Below the pieces are notes generated by a model that made no database searches, was not told the DNA's origin, and saw nothing but the letters and a program-made list of their open reading frames with translations. A stretch of 58,951 nt of DNA, from IMG/VR virus record IMGVR_UViG_3300010413_000033, positions 1-58,951 of that record; one strand, given 5' to 3'. This DNA is from a virus (taxonomy: Duplodnaviria > Caudoviricetes). Below, in pieces: positions 19,159-29,089 of this stretch. Every line of letters begins with the position of its first letter. The first letter of the stretch is position 1. Made by a program: the position numbers and the translations under genes.

Positions 19159-19560
19159 ATGCAAGTATTGTTAAATGCTATTTATGCAAAGGCCACTACT
19201 GCTGGCAATTTCAATACAAGCGTAGGTGGCAGGATTTATTTGAAAGGCACTGTGCCGCAGGAACCTACTTTCCCTTACTGTTCCTACTGGCTCGTAGATG
19301 ATACAGAAGAGCTACAATTCTCAGAGGGATATGATAGTGTATTGGTTCAATTTGATCTGTTTGATACAGCTGATGATGCTTCAGCATTAGGGCTTGTCCA
19401 GAAGTATTTGTTGCAGCTGTTTACAAGAGGCACTACACTATCTGTTACTGGCTACACGTTTTTGTACATGGTCAGGACTTTTAGCACTGGTCCCGAATGG
19501 ATTGACGAAGATGGAAGCTGGCAGTACACTACTCAATATGAGATCTATCTGCAACAATGA
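19159..19560 (+). CDS. Tail terminator/completion protein
   Basis: VGGRIY...P....FPY and VQFDLFD; position after the gp10-like gene. Confidence 0.75.
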   Translation: MQVLLNAIYAKATTAGNFNTSVGGRIYLKGTVPQEPTFPYCSYWLVDDTEELQFSEGYDSVLVQFDLFDTADDASALGLVQKYLLQLFTRGTTLSVTGYTFLYMVRTFSTGPEWIDEDGSWQYTTQYEIYLQQ

Positions 19561-19793
19561 GATCAAGAGCACTACGTAGGCATTATTACTATTGGCTGAA
19601 GGAGAGAGTTAGGCATTACTGGGTGTGTAGTGCGTTGGACTGGCATAATGGAGATCATACTCCTGTAGAGGATAGTGTGTTGGCGTTTAGAGCAAATACA
19701 CCTAAAGCATGTAGTTGTTGGATGTGTGGGAATCCAAGGAAATATTTCAAAGAGAAAACCAAGCAGGAGAGGTCATGCCTACAATATCAGTAG
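19557..19793 (+). CDS. Small basic protein with CSCWMCGNPRK motif
   Basis: ATGA overlap with the upstream gene; Cys cluster. Confidence 0.6.
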   Translation: MRSRALRRHYYYWLKERVRHYWVCSALDWHNGDHTPVEDSVLAFRANTPKACSCWMCGNPRKYFKEKTKQERSCLQYQ

Positions 19794-20383
19794 TGCTGCC
19801 GTATGTGAGAGAGGCAGGGGCTAAGCGTTGTGCTGATGCCTTGAGAGCTGACACTACCTACACTGACTACGAACTACTTATGGAGTATGATGCGGATAGA
19901 ATCGGCTGTCCTAAGATGGTAAAGAGATTAGTGGAGAAGAGTAGTGGTGATCATATTTGCTTCTTGGCAGATGACACACTTCCTAAAAAGGGACTACTAC
20001 TAGAGGCAATGATAGTGATGTCTACATTCCCTGGTTGTTGGGGTCTTGTCGGTTTGAATAGTCATGATCTTAATTCAGGGGAATCCAGGGCATCACACTG
20101 GCTGGGCAGTAAAAAGCTTTTGCCGTTTATCGGAGGTGAGTTTTTTCACATTGGATATAATCATAGTTTTTGCGATAACGAACTGGTAGAGCGTTGTGTA
20201 GTTCTTCAAAGATACAAGTATTCGTTGAGGGCTGGGCTGTACCATCATCATCCTATCATAAGCATGGGATTGCCTATGGACGACGATAGGAAGAGAGTGT
20301 TGTCACACAGAATAATTATGGAAGACACACTACTGTTTACCAAGAGAAGAAATGAAAGCCAAGGTTGGACTAAGTTGATATAA
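19775..20383 (+). CDS. Glycosyltransferase, GT2-like
   Basis: ISVVLP start, GDHICFLADDT (DxD-like) and YNHSFCDNEL. Confidence 0.8.
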   Translation: MPTISVVLPYVREAGAKRCADALRADTTYTDYELLMEYDADRIGCPKMVKRLVEKSSGDHICFLADDTLPKKGLLLEAMIVMSTFPGCWGLVGLNSHDLNSGESRASHWLGSKKLLPFIGGEFFHIGYNHSFCDNELVERCVVLQRYKYSLRAGLYHHHPIISMGLPMDDDRKRVLSHRIIMEDTLLFTKRRNESQGWTKLI

Positions 20384-20384
20384 T

Positions 20385-20876
20385 ATGCATGGCGAAGTAA
20401 TAATGTTTGTAGCAGAAATCCGAATGAAATTCCCTGAGAAGTTTTCCAAGTGTCGTGTTCTGGAATTAGGGAGTCAGAATATAAATGGTAGTGTCAGGAT
20501 AGTCTTTTCAGAATGTGACTACGTAGGGGTTGACTCCTGTGCTGGTAATATGGTTGATGTAGTGTGTGAAGTCAAAGACTATGACAGTGCGGATAGGTTT
20601 GATACCGTAGTTACTACTGAACTGTTGGAGCATGATCCTGATTGGAAGGCATCTATTAGCAATGGATGGCGCTTGTTAAATTCAGGTGGCCTACTCGTAG
20701 GGACTTGTGCTGGTCCTGATAGGCCAGTGCACAATCAGGAGCTTGGGAAAGATAACTACTACAAAAATATAAGTGAGGAGGAGTTGAAGGAGTTTGGTGA
20801 ATGTAGTGGCATACCGTTTGAAACCAGATATGCCAGAGGGAGAAAAGATTTGCAATTTTGGGCGCTCAAACCATAA
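20385..20876 (+). CDS. SAM-dependent methyltransferase
   Basis: VLELGS, YVGVD, FDTVVTTELLEHD and LLNSGGLL. Confidence 0.88.
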   Translation: MHGEVIMFVAEIRMKFPEKFSKCRVLELGSQNINGSVRIVFSECDYVGVDSCAGNMVDVVCEVKDYDSADRFDTVVTTELLEHDPDWKASISNGWRLLNSGGLLVGTCAGPDRPVHNQELGKDNYYKNISEEELKEFGECSGIPFETRYARGRKDLQFWALKP

Positions 20877-20887
20877 GGAGGAGTTGG

Positions 20888-21616
20888 GTGGTGGATAAAA
20901 ATAGACTAGCAATAGCATGGCCTTTAACCGATGAGGATGTGTGGACGAACTTTTTGATATCCTACACTATGCTGGAAAAACCAGAGATGTACACACTACT
21001 AACGCCTACTTTTTACGGGCATATAGATGAGATAAGAAATGGGCTTGTATCTCAAGCCATAGGTGAAAAAGTTGACTACTTATTGATGATGGATACAGAC
21101 CAGACCTTTCCAGTGGACACTATTGTCAAACTACTATCTTGGATGGACAAGGGATATGCTTTTGTAGGTGCCGTAGTGCACAGGAGGTATCCACCTTTTG
21201 ATGCCATACTGTATAGGGGCAATGTAGGGGGGTTCGTCCATGTTCCTGATGAGGAGACATATAGTGGGGATCTTGTAGAGATAGATGCTACAGGTGGTGG
21301 GTGTTTCATAGTTAATATTGATAAGGTTCTCAGGGCTATCAATGACAGTAAATGGTTTCGCTTGGTAATCGGCCCTACTGGTAAGCCTGTGGGAGAGGAC
21401 ATTTACTTTTGTTCACTACTGCGTAGTGCAGGGGTTAAGTTGTATGTGGATACTAGCATACGATGTGGTCACAGGGCTACTATGGAGGTGAATGAAAAAA
21501 CTTATATGCTGTATAAAAAACTCAAAGGCTACAAGTGGAAAGCACCGGATGATGACCCTCACTACGTTGAGGATCTCGAAAAGGTAGAGGGTCCGATCCA
21601 ATTGAGAATGTTTTGA
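20888..21616 (+). CDS. Glycosyltransferase, GT2-like
   Basis: IRNGLV, YLLMMDTDQTFP, DATGGGC, GEDIYFC and YVDTSIRCGH. Confidence 0.85.
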   Translation: MVDKNRLAIAWPLTDEDVWTNFLISYTMLEKPEMYTLLTPTFYGHIDEIRNGLVSQAIGEKVDYLLMMDTDQTFPVDTIVKLLSWMDKGYAFVGAVVHRRYPPFDAILYRGNVGGFVHVPDEETYSGDLVEIDATGGGCFIVNIDKVLRAINDSKWFRLVIGPTGKPVGEDIYFCSLLRSAGVKLYVDTSIRCGHRATMEVNEKTYMLYKKLKGYKWKAPDDDPHYVEDLEKVEGPIQLRMF

Positions 21617-21658
21617 TCGGAAAACAATTAATCTTTAACCGCTACGGAGGAAAAACAA

Positions 21659-22111
21659 ATGGCTAAAAAAGTTGGGTATCTTTGCAGTGTGAAACTAGGG
21701 ACAGACAAGGTAGTAGGAATGGGTACATGGGCCTTGAATGGGATCACAGCTGATCAGCTGGAAACTACGGAATTCACTGACAACTGGAAAACATTCGATT
21801 TCGGGACTAAGGATGGTGGTACTATTACTTTTGCTGGTCTCCATGATCCTGCCGACACTACGGGGCAGCAAGCGCTCATGTATATGAATCTGGCGAATAC
21901 GGATGTCACTGACATTCGGCTATACGTGGATTCAACGTCGTACTACACTCCATGCTCGTCCACTGGATACTGGTCTCCTACTACCACATCCAATGCTGAT
22001 ACTATTCTCAGCTGGGCGAACATCACTACATGGAATGTACGTGCGGATAAGGCAGGAATGGTAGAGATCGACTTTTCAGCGAAGATTAGTGGTTGTATGG
22101 TCCTTATCTAG
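21659..22111 (+). CDS. Tail tube (major tail) protein
   Basis: W.L.GITADQLETTEF.DNWKTF..G.KDGG pattern; precedes the chaperone and tape measure. Confidence 0.8.
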   Translation: MAKKVGYLCSVKLGTDKVVGMGTWALNGITADQLETTEFTDNWKTFDFGTKDGGTITFAGLHDPADTTGQQALMYMNLANTDVTDIRLYVDSTSYYTPCSSTGYWSPTTTSNADTILSWANITTWNVRADKAGMVEIDFSAKISGCMVLI

Positions 22112-22183
22112 TAGTTACTACAACCACTACATGTCACACAAAGGGGGTTTTCACTTTCATTTTCTATAAGGAGGAGCGTAGTT

Positions 22184-22642
22184 ATGCCATTTGATCTTGA
22201 CAATTTGAATCCATCTACAAGGTTCTATTGGACCGCTGGAGATCCAGAAGAACTAGTGAATAAACCTGATGCAGAATACGTTGAGATGCGACTATGTCCA
22301 GATGATATGACCGATGAGATACGGAAACAGGTAGGCATCACAAGAAAGGTTGAATATCATAGGGACAGAGGAAGGATTAACAGGATAGAGTATTTGGATA
22401 GTAGTGATGGGAAAGTGAGGAAATTCGCTGAGGCAGTGAACGACTTTTGCATCACTGGGTGGAGATTGCTCACACGTACTGGCGATGAGATCCCATGCAC
22501 TACGGAGAACAAAATCAAAATGCTTCTTGGTAGTCCTGCATTTTCAGAATGGTATGCAGATAAAATGGAGGAACTACGTAAGATAGCGCAAAACAAAGAT
22601 AGAGAGATAAAAGAAAATTTATCGAATACGCAGGGCGATTAA
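22184..22642 (+). CDS. Tail assembly chaperone (gpG-like)
   Basis: ITGW....GDEIPCTTENKIKM; lies between tube and tape measure; slippery site near its 3' end. Confidence 0.85.
   Translation: MPFDLDNLNPSTRFYWTAGDPEELVNKPDAEYVEMRLCPDDMTDEIRKQVGITRKVEYHRDRGRINRIEYLDSSDGKVRKFAEAVNDFCITGWRLLTRTGDEIPCTTENKIKMLLGSPAFSEWYADKMEELRKIAQNKDREIKENLSNTQGD
22615..22621 (+). other. Programmed -1 ribosomal frameshift site A-AAT-TTA
   Basis: Canonical X XXY YYZ heptamer in the correct phase. The -1 frame is open to 22977. Confidence 0.85.
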
Positions 22643-22977
22643 GGGAAAAGCCCAGATGTGATTGGTGTCAAGCGCTCTGCGAATTCAATAAAAAACCGAC
22701 ACCATGCGAAAAGTGCTTACCAGAACTACTACCAGACAACGTTCCTATTATGGAGTTGTGGAACATGGTACAGACCCAGGTAATAGTGGCAGGAATGCAA
22801 GGAGTAATTCTTGACCTGAATCATCTGGCCGTTTGGGGAGCAATAGATAGATTTGGAAAAAGACTTGGAATAGTAGATCCTGAAATGGCTTTCCAGTTGA
22901 TACTACATATCTCAAGATTTTTCAGGAACAAGGAAGAGGAAGAAAGAAGAATGAATAGCATGGGTGGGAAGGAATAA
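22615..22977 (+). CDS. gpT-like frameshift extension of the tail chaperone
   Basis: -1 frame reads IEYAGRLREKPRCDWC...CEKCLPELLPDNVPIMELWNMVQTQ, continuous with ORF 22750-22977. Confidence 0.8.
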   Translation, partial: KFIEYAGRLREKPRCDWCQALCEFNKKPTPCEKCLPELLPDNVPIMELWNMVQTQVIVAGMQGVILDLNHLAVWGAIDRFGKRLGIVDPEMAFQLILHISRFFRNKEEEERRMNSMGGKE

Positions 22978-22983
22978 AGCACT

Positions 22984-25900
22984 ATGGGAAGACTTGGAGA
23001 GGCATACGTAGAGGTCACGCTCAAAGGTGAAAAGTATTTTGCTGAGCTGAATTCACTTGAGAGCAAGACCTTGAAAGCAGCTACGGGCATTGAGACAGGC
23101 TTTGTGAAAAAGCTTGGTAGTGGCATACAAGGTCTTGAAAGGCAGTTGTTCAGTTTGAAGTCTGCCTTTGCCGCTACGGGTGCCGGATTCCTTGCCAAAG
23201 ATATCCTACAGCTGGGAGCTAACTTTGAGCGCACTATGAGTATGGTTCAAGTTGTTTCCAGAGCTACAGCTGAGGAATTTATTCAACTACGTGAAGCTGC
23301 ATTAGAGATGGGTGCTAGGACTGAATACTCGTCCACACAGGCAGGGAAAGCACTACACTATCTATCTATGGCTGGACTGTCTGTGCAGCAGCAATTAGTA
23401 GCACTACCACAAATGCTAGACCTTGCTACAGCTGGGCAGATAGACCTTGCCAGAGCTGCCGATATTTCTACGAATGTCATGTATCAAATGGGCCTAGCAG
23501 TCAATGAGCTGATCAGGGTAAATGATACATTCGTAGCTGTTCAATCTACATCGAATACGAACATTGAAGAATTGGCAGAGGCTTTTATATACGCAGGATC
23601 TAAAGCGAAAGAATTTGAAACAGATGTAGAGGAACTATCCTCTTTGATTGGTATGCTTGCGAATAGAGGTATCAAGGCATCTATGGCTGGTACTACACTA
23701 CGGCAAGCCATGATCGATCTTATCTCTCCATCTAAAAAGGCTCAGGAGATATTGGACAAATATGCAATTAGGATAGTAGAAGCAGATGGCAGCATGAGGA
23801 AGTTTGTAGATGTGTTGGGAGATATGGCAGATGCACAGATGAGCGTTGTAGAGACTACGGAGATATTTGGGGCGAGAGGTGGGAACATTTCACTACTGCT
23901 ATCTCAAGGGAGAATGGCAATAGAGGAATATATTTCCAGAATTCGTCACATGGAGGGAGTGAGCAAGACAGCCGCTGAGAGAATACGTAATGATATAAAA
24001 GGTATGTTTGAAGAGGTGGAGAGTGTCATTGAATCTGTAAAGCTTGAAGTTTTTGACGACTACAGAGATAGGCTGTATCAATTCCTGCTCGATTTTACGA
24101 AAGGTGTCAGGGACAACATGGGCAGGATCTCATCGTTTGTAGGAACGATAGGGAGCTTTTTACTGGATCTCAGTGAGGTAGGGCTGAAAATAGCTGGGTT
24201 GTTTGAAACTACGGTTAAGGGGTGGAATGCACTTCCAAGTGTAGTGCAAGATGTAGGCGTAGTAGGGGCCTTAGTAGGCGGAAAGAAGTTCAGGGCAGCA
24301 TTGGCACTACTGTCTACTACTGTGGGCGTAGTCACTGAGGCAATTGAAGCTGTTCAGCAATCGGAGGTATTAGCCAGCCCTAAAACGTTGGAGGAATACA
24401 ATGCAGCTGTAGAATTTCAGCTGACTACGTTGAATACTCTTTCTGCAAGGCTAGCAGAGGTGCAAAATTCTACTAGAGTACAGATGGCGATAGAGGCTGA
24501 AAGAGCTGGAGAACTACGTGGTGGTGAGTACTACAGAAAGAGTCTGATAGCAGCATTAGAGAAAGAGAAGGACAAACAGCTGGAGATAGTGAAAGGACTT
24601 GAAGCACAACGGCAACAAGTGGAGCTGTTGGATAAGAAGGAGAAGGAGCGCCTTAAATCAAAAGATGTTATGCTACGCCTAGAAATGGAGGCGGATCAGA
24701 TATATGCTATATACAAAAAGGTTTGGCAGGAACAGGAAAAAGCTATGACAGCCTTGGTCAGACCTACAGCGATGGAAATAGTAGCTGATATCCGGCCTAC
24801 TTATAGCAAAGAGGATATTAAAAAGCTAGAGAAAGAAGTGGAAGAAGCTTTCAAGTCTACATATGCAGGAGCGAAAAAACAATTAGAGGAGAAGAGAGCA
24901 GAGCTACTACTATTTACAGCTGGAGATGCAAAAGCGGCAATAGCAATAAATAAAAAATTTAATGATGATGTAGAAAAACTACAGAAGGAGCATTTTGCAA
25001 AAAGAGAGAAGAGTTTGAAGGACTGGTCTACTGACCACTACGAAACCGTTGTAGCTGCATACAACAAAGAAAAAGATTTTATGAAGTCCTTGGAGGATGC
25101 TAGAATATCTGCGATGGAGGATGGGCAGCAAAAGGAACTGGCTATTTTAGACAGGCACATCAGAGAGATGAAAGAAAAGGCTCTGGAGATAGCAGATCCA
25201 GAAGACTACAGACTGGCTATGGCGCAAATAGAAAAGATAGCGGAGGAAGCTGCCTCTACTATCTCAAAAAAATACAGAGAAAAAGCAGAGAAGGAGCGAG
25301 AGAAGGAACTAGAGAAAGCCCAAAAGCAATGGGAGCAGTTTACAGAAAGGATGTACAACACTTTAGCAGATAGTATCTATCAGTTTTTTGATAAGGGAAT
25401 AGAAAGCTTTTCAGACTTTTGGGACACTGTAGTAGACTACGGAAAGAAAGCCTTTGCTAACCTGATAGCATGGATAGGAACACAAAAGATAGTGCTACCA
25501 ATTGCCGCGCAGATACTTCCAGCAATTGGAGGTACTGGGCTAGTACCTGATGATGTGCTTAAAGCTATGGGATTGCCTACTGGCGCTGGCGGCACTACAG
25601 CTGCTGGCGGCACTACAGCTGCTGCAAATCCGTTGAAATCTGCCGGAACGTCGTGGCTTGGTAGTAAGATGGCTGGGGCTGGCGGTTTCCTGTCTACTCC
25701 GTTGTGGACTACGCCTGGGGCCTTGCCAACTACTTACGATGCCGCTACGGGTTTACCGATGTGGCTACAGACCGAGACAGCTGGTCCTACGCTTGCAGGG
25801 GCAGGAATAGCAGGAATGGCAGGGATGCTTGGCTATCAATATATCGGAGGTGCGATAGGACTACCACAAGGACAATATAGTGGGCTGGGAGCTGGCTTAG

Positions 25901-28215
25901 GTGGAGCTGGAGGATTCATTGGAGGGTCTGCGTTGGGTGCTACACTAGGTAGTGCTGCTCCAGTAGTGGGAACGATTGTAGGTGCTATCCTTGGTGGTGT
26001 TCTTGGTAGTATGCTTGGAGAAGGAGAAAAGAAGCCTAAGCTTCAGCTAGGGGCTGGTACACAGGTTCAGGAAGGTAGGCCCTACGTCACTACGCCTTTC
26101 GGAAGACTTGGAATAGATATGGCTAGCCAGATCGACACAGACCAGTTTAAACCTGTGCTGGAGAGCATCAAAGTAGTGACAGAGCTTATGGCAGATTCGA
26201 TGTCAGAAGGAATGATTAGTAGTGTCAAGGATGCCTTGTCGGATTGGAGTAGTAGTAAGATCAAAGGAGAGATGTCAGCGAAGGATATTGAAGGACTATT
26301 CAAGGAGTATTTTCAAGCTATAGGAGCCGCGTGGAATACAGAGTTTGGCGATTGGGTAGCTACGTTCAATGGTAGTATTGAAGAACTACTGAACAAGGTA
26401 CAAGCTCACATAGAAGTAGTGAAAGAGATAAATGCTATCCTAGATCCTGACACACGTAGTGATAGAGAAAAAGCGATAGATGCAGTAAATGAAAAGTATG
26501 ATGCTATGAAGACTACGTTGGAGGAGACAGGTGGCAGCATAGAAGAGCTGACAAGGTTGGAACAGGCAAGGAACATAGTTCTGGCGAATACAGGAAAGTA
26601 CTACGATGATTTGATAGTGGCACAGGAAAGCTACTTGAAATCTATAAAGATGCAACTACAGGGAGTTGAAAGTGGTGAGGCGACACTACGTCTTTTCTCT
26701 GAGAGCATAGGTTCTAGCTATGAGGATATCCTGGGCAATTGGGAGAACATAAAAAGCGCACTACTAGAAGGTAGTTTAGACGATTGGAAAGCTTGGGCAA
26801 AGGAATTGGGTATCTCCTTGGAGGATCTGACAGGCATAGTGATGAGCTTTGACGATGCCGCAAAGAGTGCTGCCGCCAGCTTGTCAAACGCTACTACTAT
26901 ACTACAGGGCATATGGAATGAGAAAACACGACAAACTAAATGGGGAGAGGAAGTCACTCCGCGATGGGGCGCTATTTATCAGACCTACGGAGAGGGAAAG
27001 ACATTCACACAATTCACTACTCAAGTTTTGGATATGGCGCGTAGTGGTAAGATAACCGCAGATATGCTGGATGTCGTAGCTAAAGAGCTTAACATAGTAG
27101 GTGTGACAGCCGAGACACTAGCTAACGATATAGCTATGGCTGCCGAATATCAGGATCAGGCAAATGATGCGCTGAAAGATTCTATCTCTTCATCTCAAGA
27201 TTTTTCATCAGCTCTAGATGATGCTACGAAAAGGCTTGAGGAACTACAGAACGTGATGAAGGGAATAGACGATCTCATAAGAGAGCTGACTATCGGCAAA
27301 TATGCGCCAGTGCAATCTTTGGAAGGATTTCAGAATGAGTATGCGAGACTACTTGATGAGGTGAAGACTAAAGGCACTACTGAAGCACTATCCGCTTTTG
27401 AGAGTTTTCTACCTGACTACCTCAATTTCCTGAACGCATATGGCATGGACTACAAAGACGTAGTTGGTGGTGTAGTGACAGATCTGAAGGGGGTCAAAGA
27501 GGCGCTCGTAAAAGATGAACAGGTTGAACTACTGAAACAGATCGAATTGAACACAAGGAACACTTCCGTAGGTGTCAGTGCTGTAGGAAGCATACTAACC
27601 AGCTCAAGTAGTGCCTCATTGAACTACACAGACATAGCAAATCTTCTTTCTGGATTTACTGAAAACAAGCTACCAGAACAGACTACTGTAGAAAATCCAA
27701 AATGGGCAGAGGACTACAAATATTTTCAAGAACAATATGGGATGTCCTTCACTCCAGAGATGGCCTCAGAGTGGGTCAAACTATACAATCAATACAAGAA
27801 CGATACAGCCACTATTGAGTACATAGCGGATCTTTGGGACATGGATGTAAATACACTACATACTGAGTTTGCCAGATTGACGGCGGCTTTAATGGACTAC
27901 AAAGATTGGATGTATCAAAGCACTACGCCTATACCGCAGTATCAATATGGTGGTGTGCAGGAGACTCCTACACTTGCCAGTATTGCAGAAGGTGGACCTG
28001 AAGCAATAGTCCCACTACGTAGAGGGATGATCCCTGTTAAGATTCTAGGAGATTCCAAACCACAGGGGGCCACTACTACTATTGTAGAGGCTAAGTCACA
28101 TGATATTCATATCCATCTTGAGGTGGATGGGAAGCAGATCGGTTATGTAGTGGCTAGGCAAGCTGCTACGAATACAGAGCTAATATCAGCGCTCAATTCT
28201 ATAAAGAAGAAGTAG
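22984..28215 (+). CDS. Tape measure protein (TP901-type core)
   Basis: 1743 aa, helical. FERTMSMV, MLDLATAG and LANRGIKASMAGTTLR; Gly-rich hydrophobic segment; C-terminal IAEGGPEAIVPL. Confidence 0.95.
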   Translation: MGRLGEAYVEVTLKGEKYFAELNSLESKTLKAATGIETGFVKKLGSGIQGLERQLFSLKSAFAATGAGFLAKDILQLGANFERTMSMVQVVSRATAEEFIQLREAALEMGARTEYSSTQAGKALHYLSMAGLSVQQQLVALPQMLDLATAGQIDLARAADISTNVMYQMGLAVNELIRVNDTFVAVQSTSNTNIEELAEAFIYAGSKAKEFETDVEELSSLIGMLANRGIKASMAGTTLRQAMIDLISPSKKAQEILDKYAIRIVEADGSMRKFVDVLGDMADAQMSVVETTEIFGARGGNISLLLSQGRMAIEEYISRIRHMEGVSKTAAERIRNDIKGMFEEVESVIESVKLEVFDDYRDRLYQFLLDFTKGVRDNMGRISSFVGTIGSFLLDLSEVGLKIAGLFETTVKGWNALPSVVQDVGVVGALVGGKKFRAALALLSTTVGVVTEAIEAVQQSEVLASPKTLEEYNAAVEFQLTTLNTLSARLAEVQNSTRVQMAIEAERAGELRGGEYYRKSLIAALEKEKDKQLEIVKGLEAQRQQVELLDKKEKERLKSKDVMLRLEMEADQIYAIYKKVWQEQEKAMTALVRPTAMEIVADIRPTYSKEDIKKLEKEVEEAFKSTYAGAKKQLEEKRAELLLFTAGDAKAAIAINKKFNDDVEKLQKEHFAKREKSLKDWSTDHYETVVAAYNKEKDFMKSLEDARISAMEDGQQKELAILDRHIREMKEKALEIADPEDYRLAMAQIEKIAEEAASTISKKYREKAEKEREKELEKAQKQWEQFTERMYNTLADSIYQFFDKGIESFSDFWDTVVDYGKKAFANLIAWIGTQKIVLPIAAQILPAIGGTGLVPDDVLKAMGLPTGAGGTTAAGGTTAAANPLKSAGTSWLGSKMAGAGGFLSTPLWTTPGALPTTYDAATGLPMWLQTETAGPTLAGAGIAGMAGMLGYQYIGGAIGLPQGQYSGLGAGLGGAGGFIGGSALGATLGSAAPVVGTIVGAILGGVLGSMLGEGEKKPKLQLGAGTQVQEGRPYVTTPFGRLGIDMASQIDTDQFKPVLESIKVVTELMADSMSEGMISSVKDALSDWSSSKIKGEMSAKDIEGLFKEYFQAIGAAWNTEFGDWVATFNGSIEELLNKVQAHIEVVKEINAILDPDTRSDREKAIDAVNEKYDAMKTTLEETGGSIEELTRLEQARNIVLANTGKYYDDLIVAQESYLKSIKMQLQGVESGEATLRLFSESIGSSYEDILGNWENIKSALLEGSLDDWKAWAKELGISLEDLTGIVMSFDDAAKSAAASLSNATTILQGIWNEKTRQTKWGEEVTPRWGAIYQTYGEGKTFTQFTTQVLDMARSGKITADMLDVVAKELNIVGVTAETLANDIAMAAEYQDQANDALKDSISSSQDFSSALDDATKRLEELQNVMKGIDDLIRELTIGKYAPVQSLEGFQNEYARLLDEVKTKGTTEALSAFESFLPDYLNFLNAYGMDYKDVVGGVVTDLKGVKEALVKDEQVELLKQIELNTRNTSVGVSAVGSILTSSSSASLNYTDIANLLSGFTENKLPEQTTVENPKWAEDYKYFQEQYGMSFTPEMASEWVKLYNQYKNDTATIEYIADLWDMDVNTLHTEFARLTAALMDYKDWMYQSTTPIPQYQYGGVQETPTLASIAEGGPEAIVPLRRGMIPVKILGDSKPQGATTTIVEAKSHDIHIHLEVDGKQIGYVVARQAATNTELISALNSIKKK

Positions 28216-28231
28216 TGTAGTGAGATAGGCT

Positions 28232-28651
28232 ATGTCAGATGTAAAAATGTATGACTACTTTTCAGGGACAGTAACACCGGACTACACTGGAGCCATATTG
28301 ACCTTGAATCCTACGAATACATTGGTTGAAGAAGGAGATTTCAATCAGATCACACATGTTTATGTGGATGGTAGCAGGGAGACAAAGAACCTATCATCAA
28401 CACCTGTTTTCTATGTAACACTACAATGGAAAAATCGTAGCACTTCAGATGCAGGAACTATATTTGATTTCTACTTTAGCACATCAAAGGCTTATGGCAT
28501 GGCACGTAGTTTTAAGTGGACGCATTTTGATGGATATACATACACCGTGAAGTTTGCCAGTAAGTTAGGGAGAAAATATGATGACAACATTATTTCTCTC
28601 ATGTCGCTGGAAGGAATAAAACTACTAGTGCTTGGTGTTGCACCTCCTTAA
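28232..28651 (+). CDS. Distal tail (Dit-like) protein, copy 1
   Basis: Follows the tape measure. IFDFYF..KAYGMARSFKW.HFDG.TYTVKF. Confidence 0.7.
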   Translation: MSDVKMYDYFSGTVTPDYTGAILTLNPTNTLVEEGDFNQITHVYVDGSRETKNLSSTPVFYVTLQWKNRSTSDAGTIFDFYFSTSKAYGMARSFKWTHFDGYTYTVKFASKLGRKYDDNIISLMSLEGIKLLVLGVAPP

Positions 28652-28672
28652 TAGAGCTGGGTATTTCGTGCT

Positions 28673-29089
28673 ATGGCAGATAAAGAGATCTATGATTATT
28701 TTACAGGCACAGTGGCAGCAGACTACTCGACCACTACGTTGAGTGTGCTGCCTACAAATGTGCTGGTTGAAGAGGGCGATTTCAATCAGGTTGCTCATGT
28801 CTATGATGATGGAAGCAGGGAGGTAGTGACGGAATCCGCTACTCCAGTTTTCTATGTAACACTACAATGGAAAAATCGTAGTCTGATAGATGCAGGAACC
28901 ATATTTGATTTCTATTTTGATACGGCAAAGGCTTATGGAATGGCCCGTAGTTTTAAGTGGTCTCATTTCGATGGACACACATACACGGTGAAGTTTGCCA
29001 GTAAACTACAGAGGGTCTACGATAACAATCTGACTACTCTCATGACTATTGAAGGTATCAAGTTTATTGTGTTGGGGGTCTCTCCATAA
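28673..29089 (+). CDS. Distal tail (Dit-like) protein, copy 2
   Basis: Close paralog of 28232-28651 over its whole length. Confidence 0.7.
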   Translation: MADKEIYDYFTGTVAADYSTTTLSVLPTNVLVEEGDFNQVAHVYDDGSREVVTESATPVFYVTLQWKNRSLIDAGTIFDFYFDTAKAYGMARSFKWSHFDGHTYTVKFASKLQRVYDNNLTTLMTIEGIKFIVLGVSP

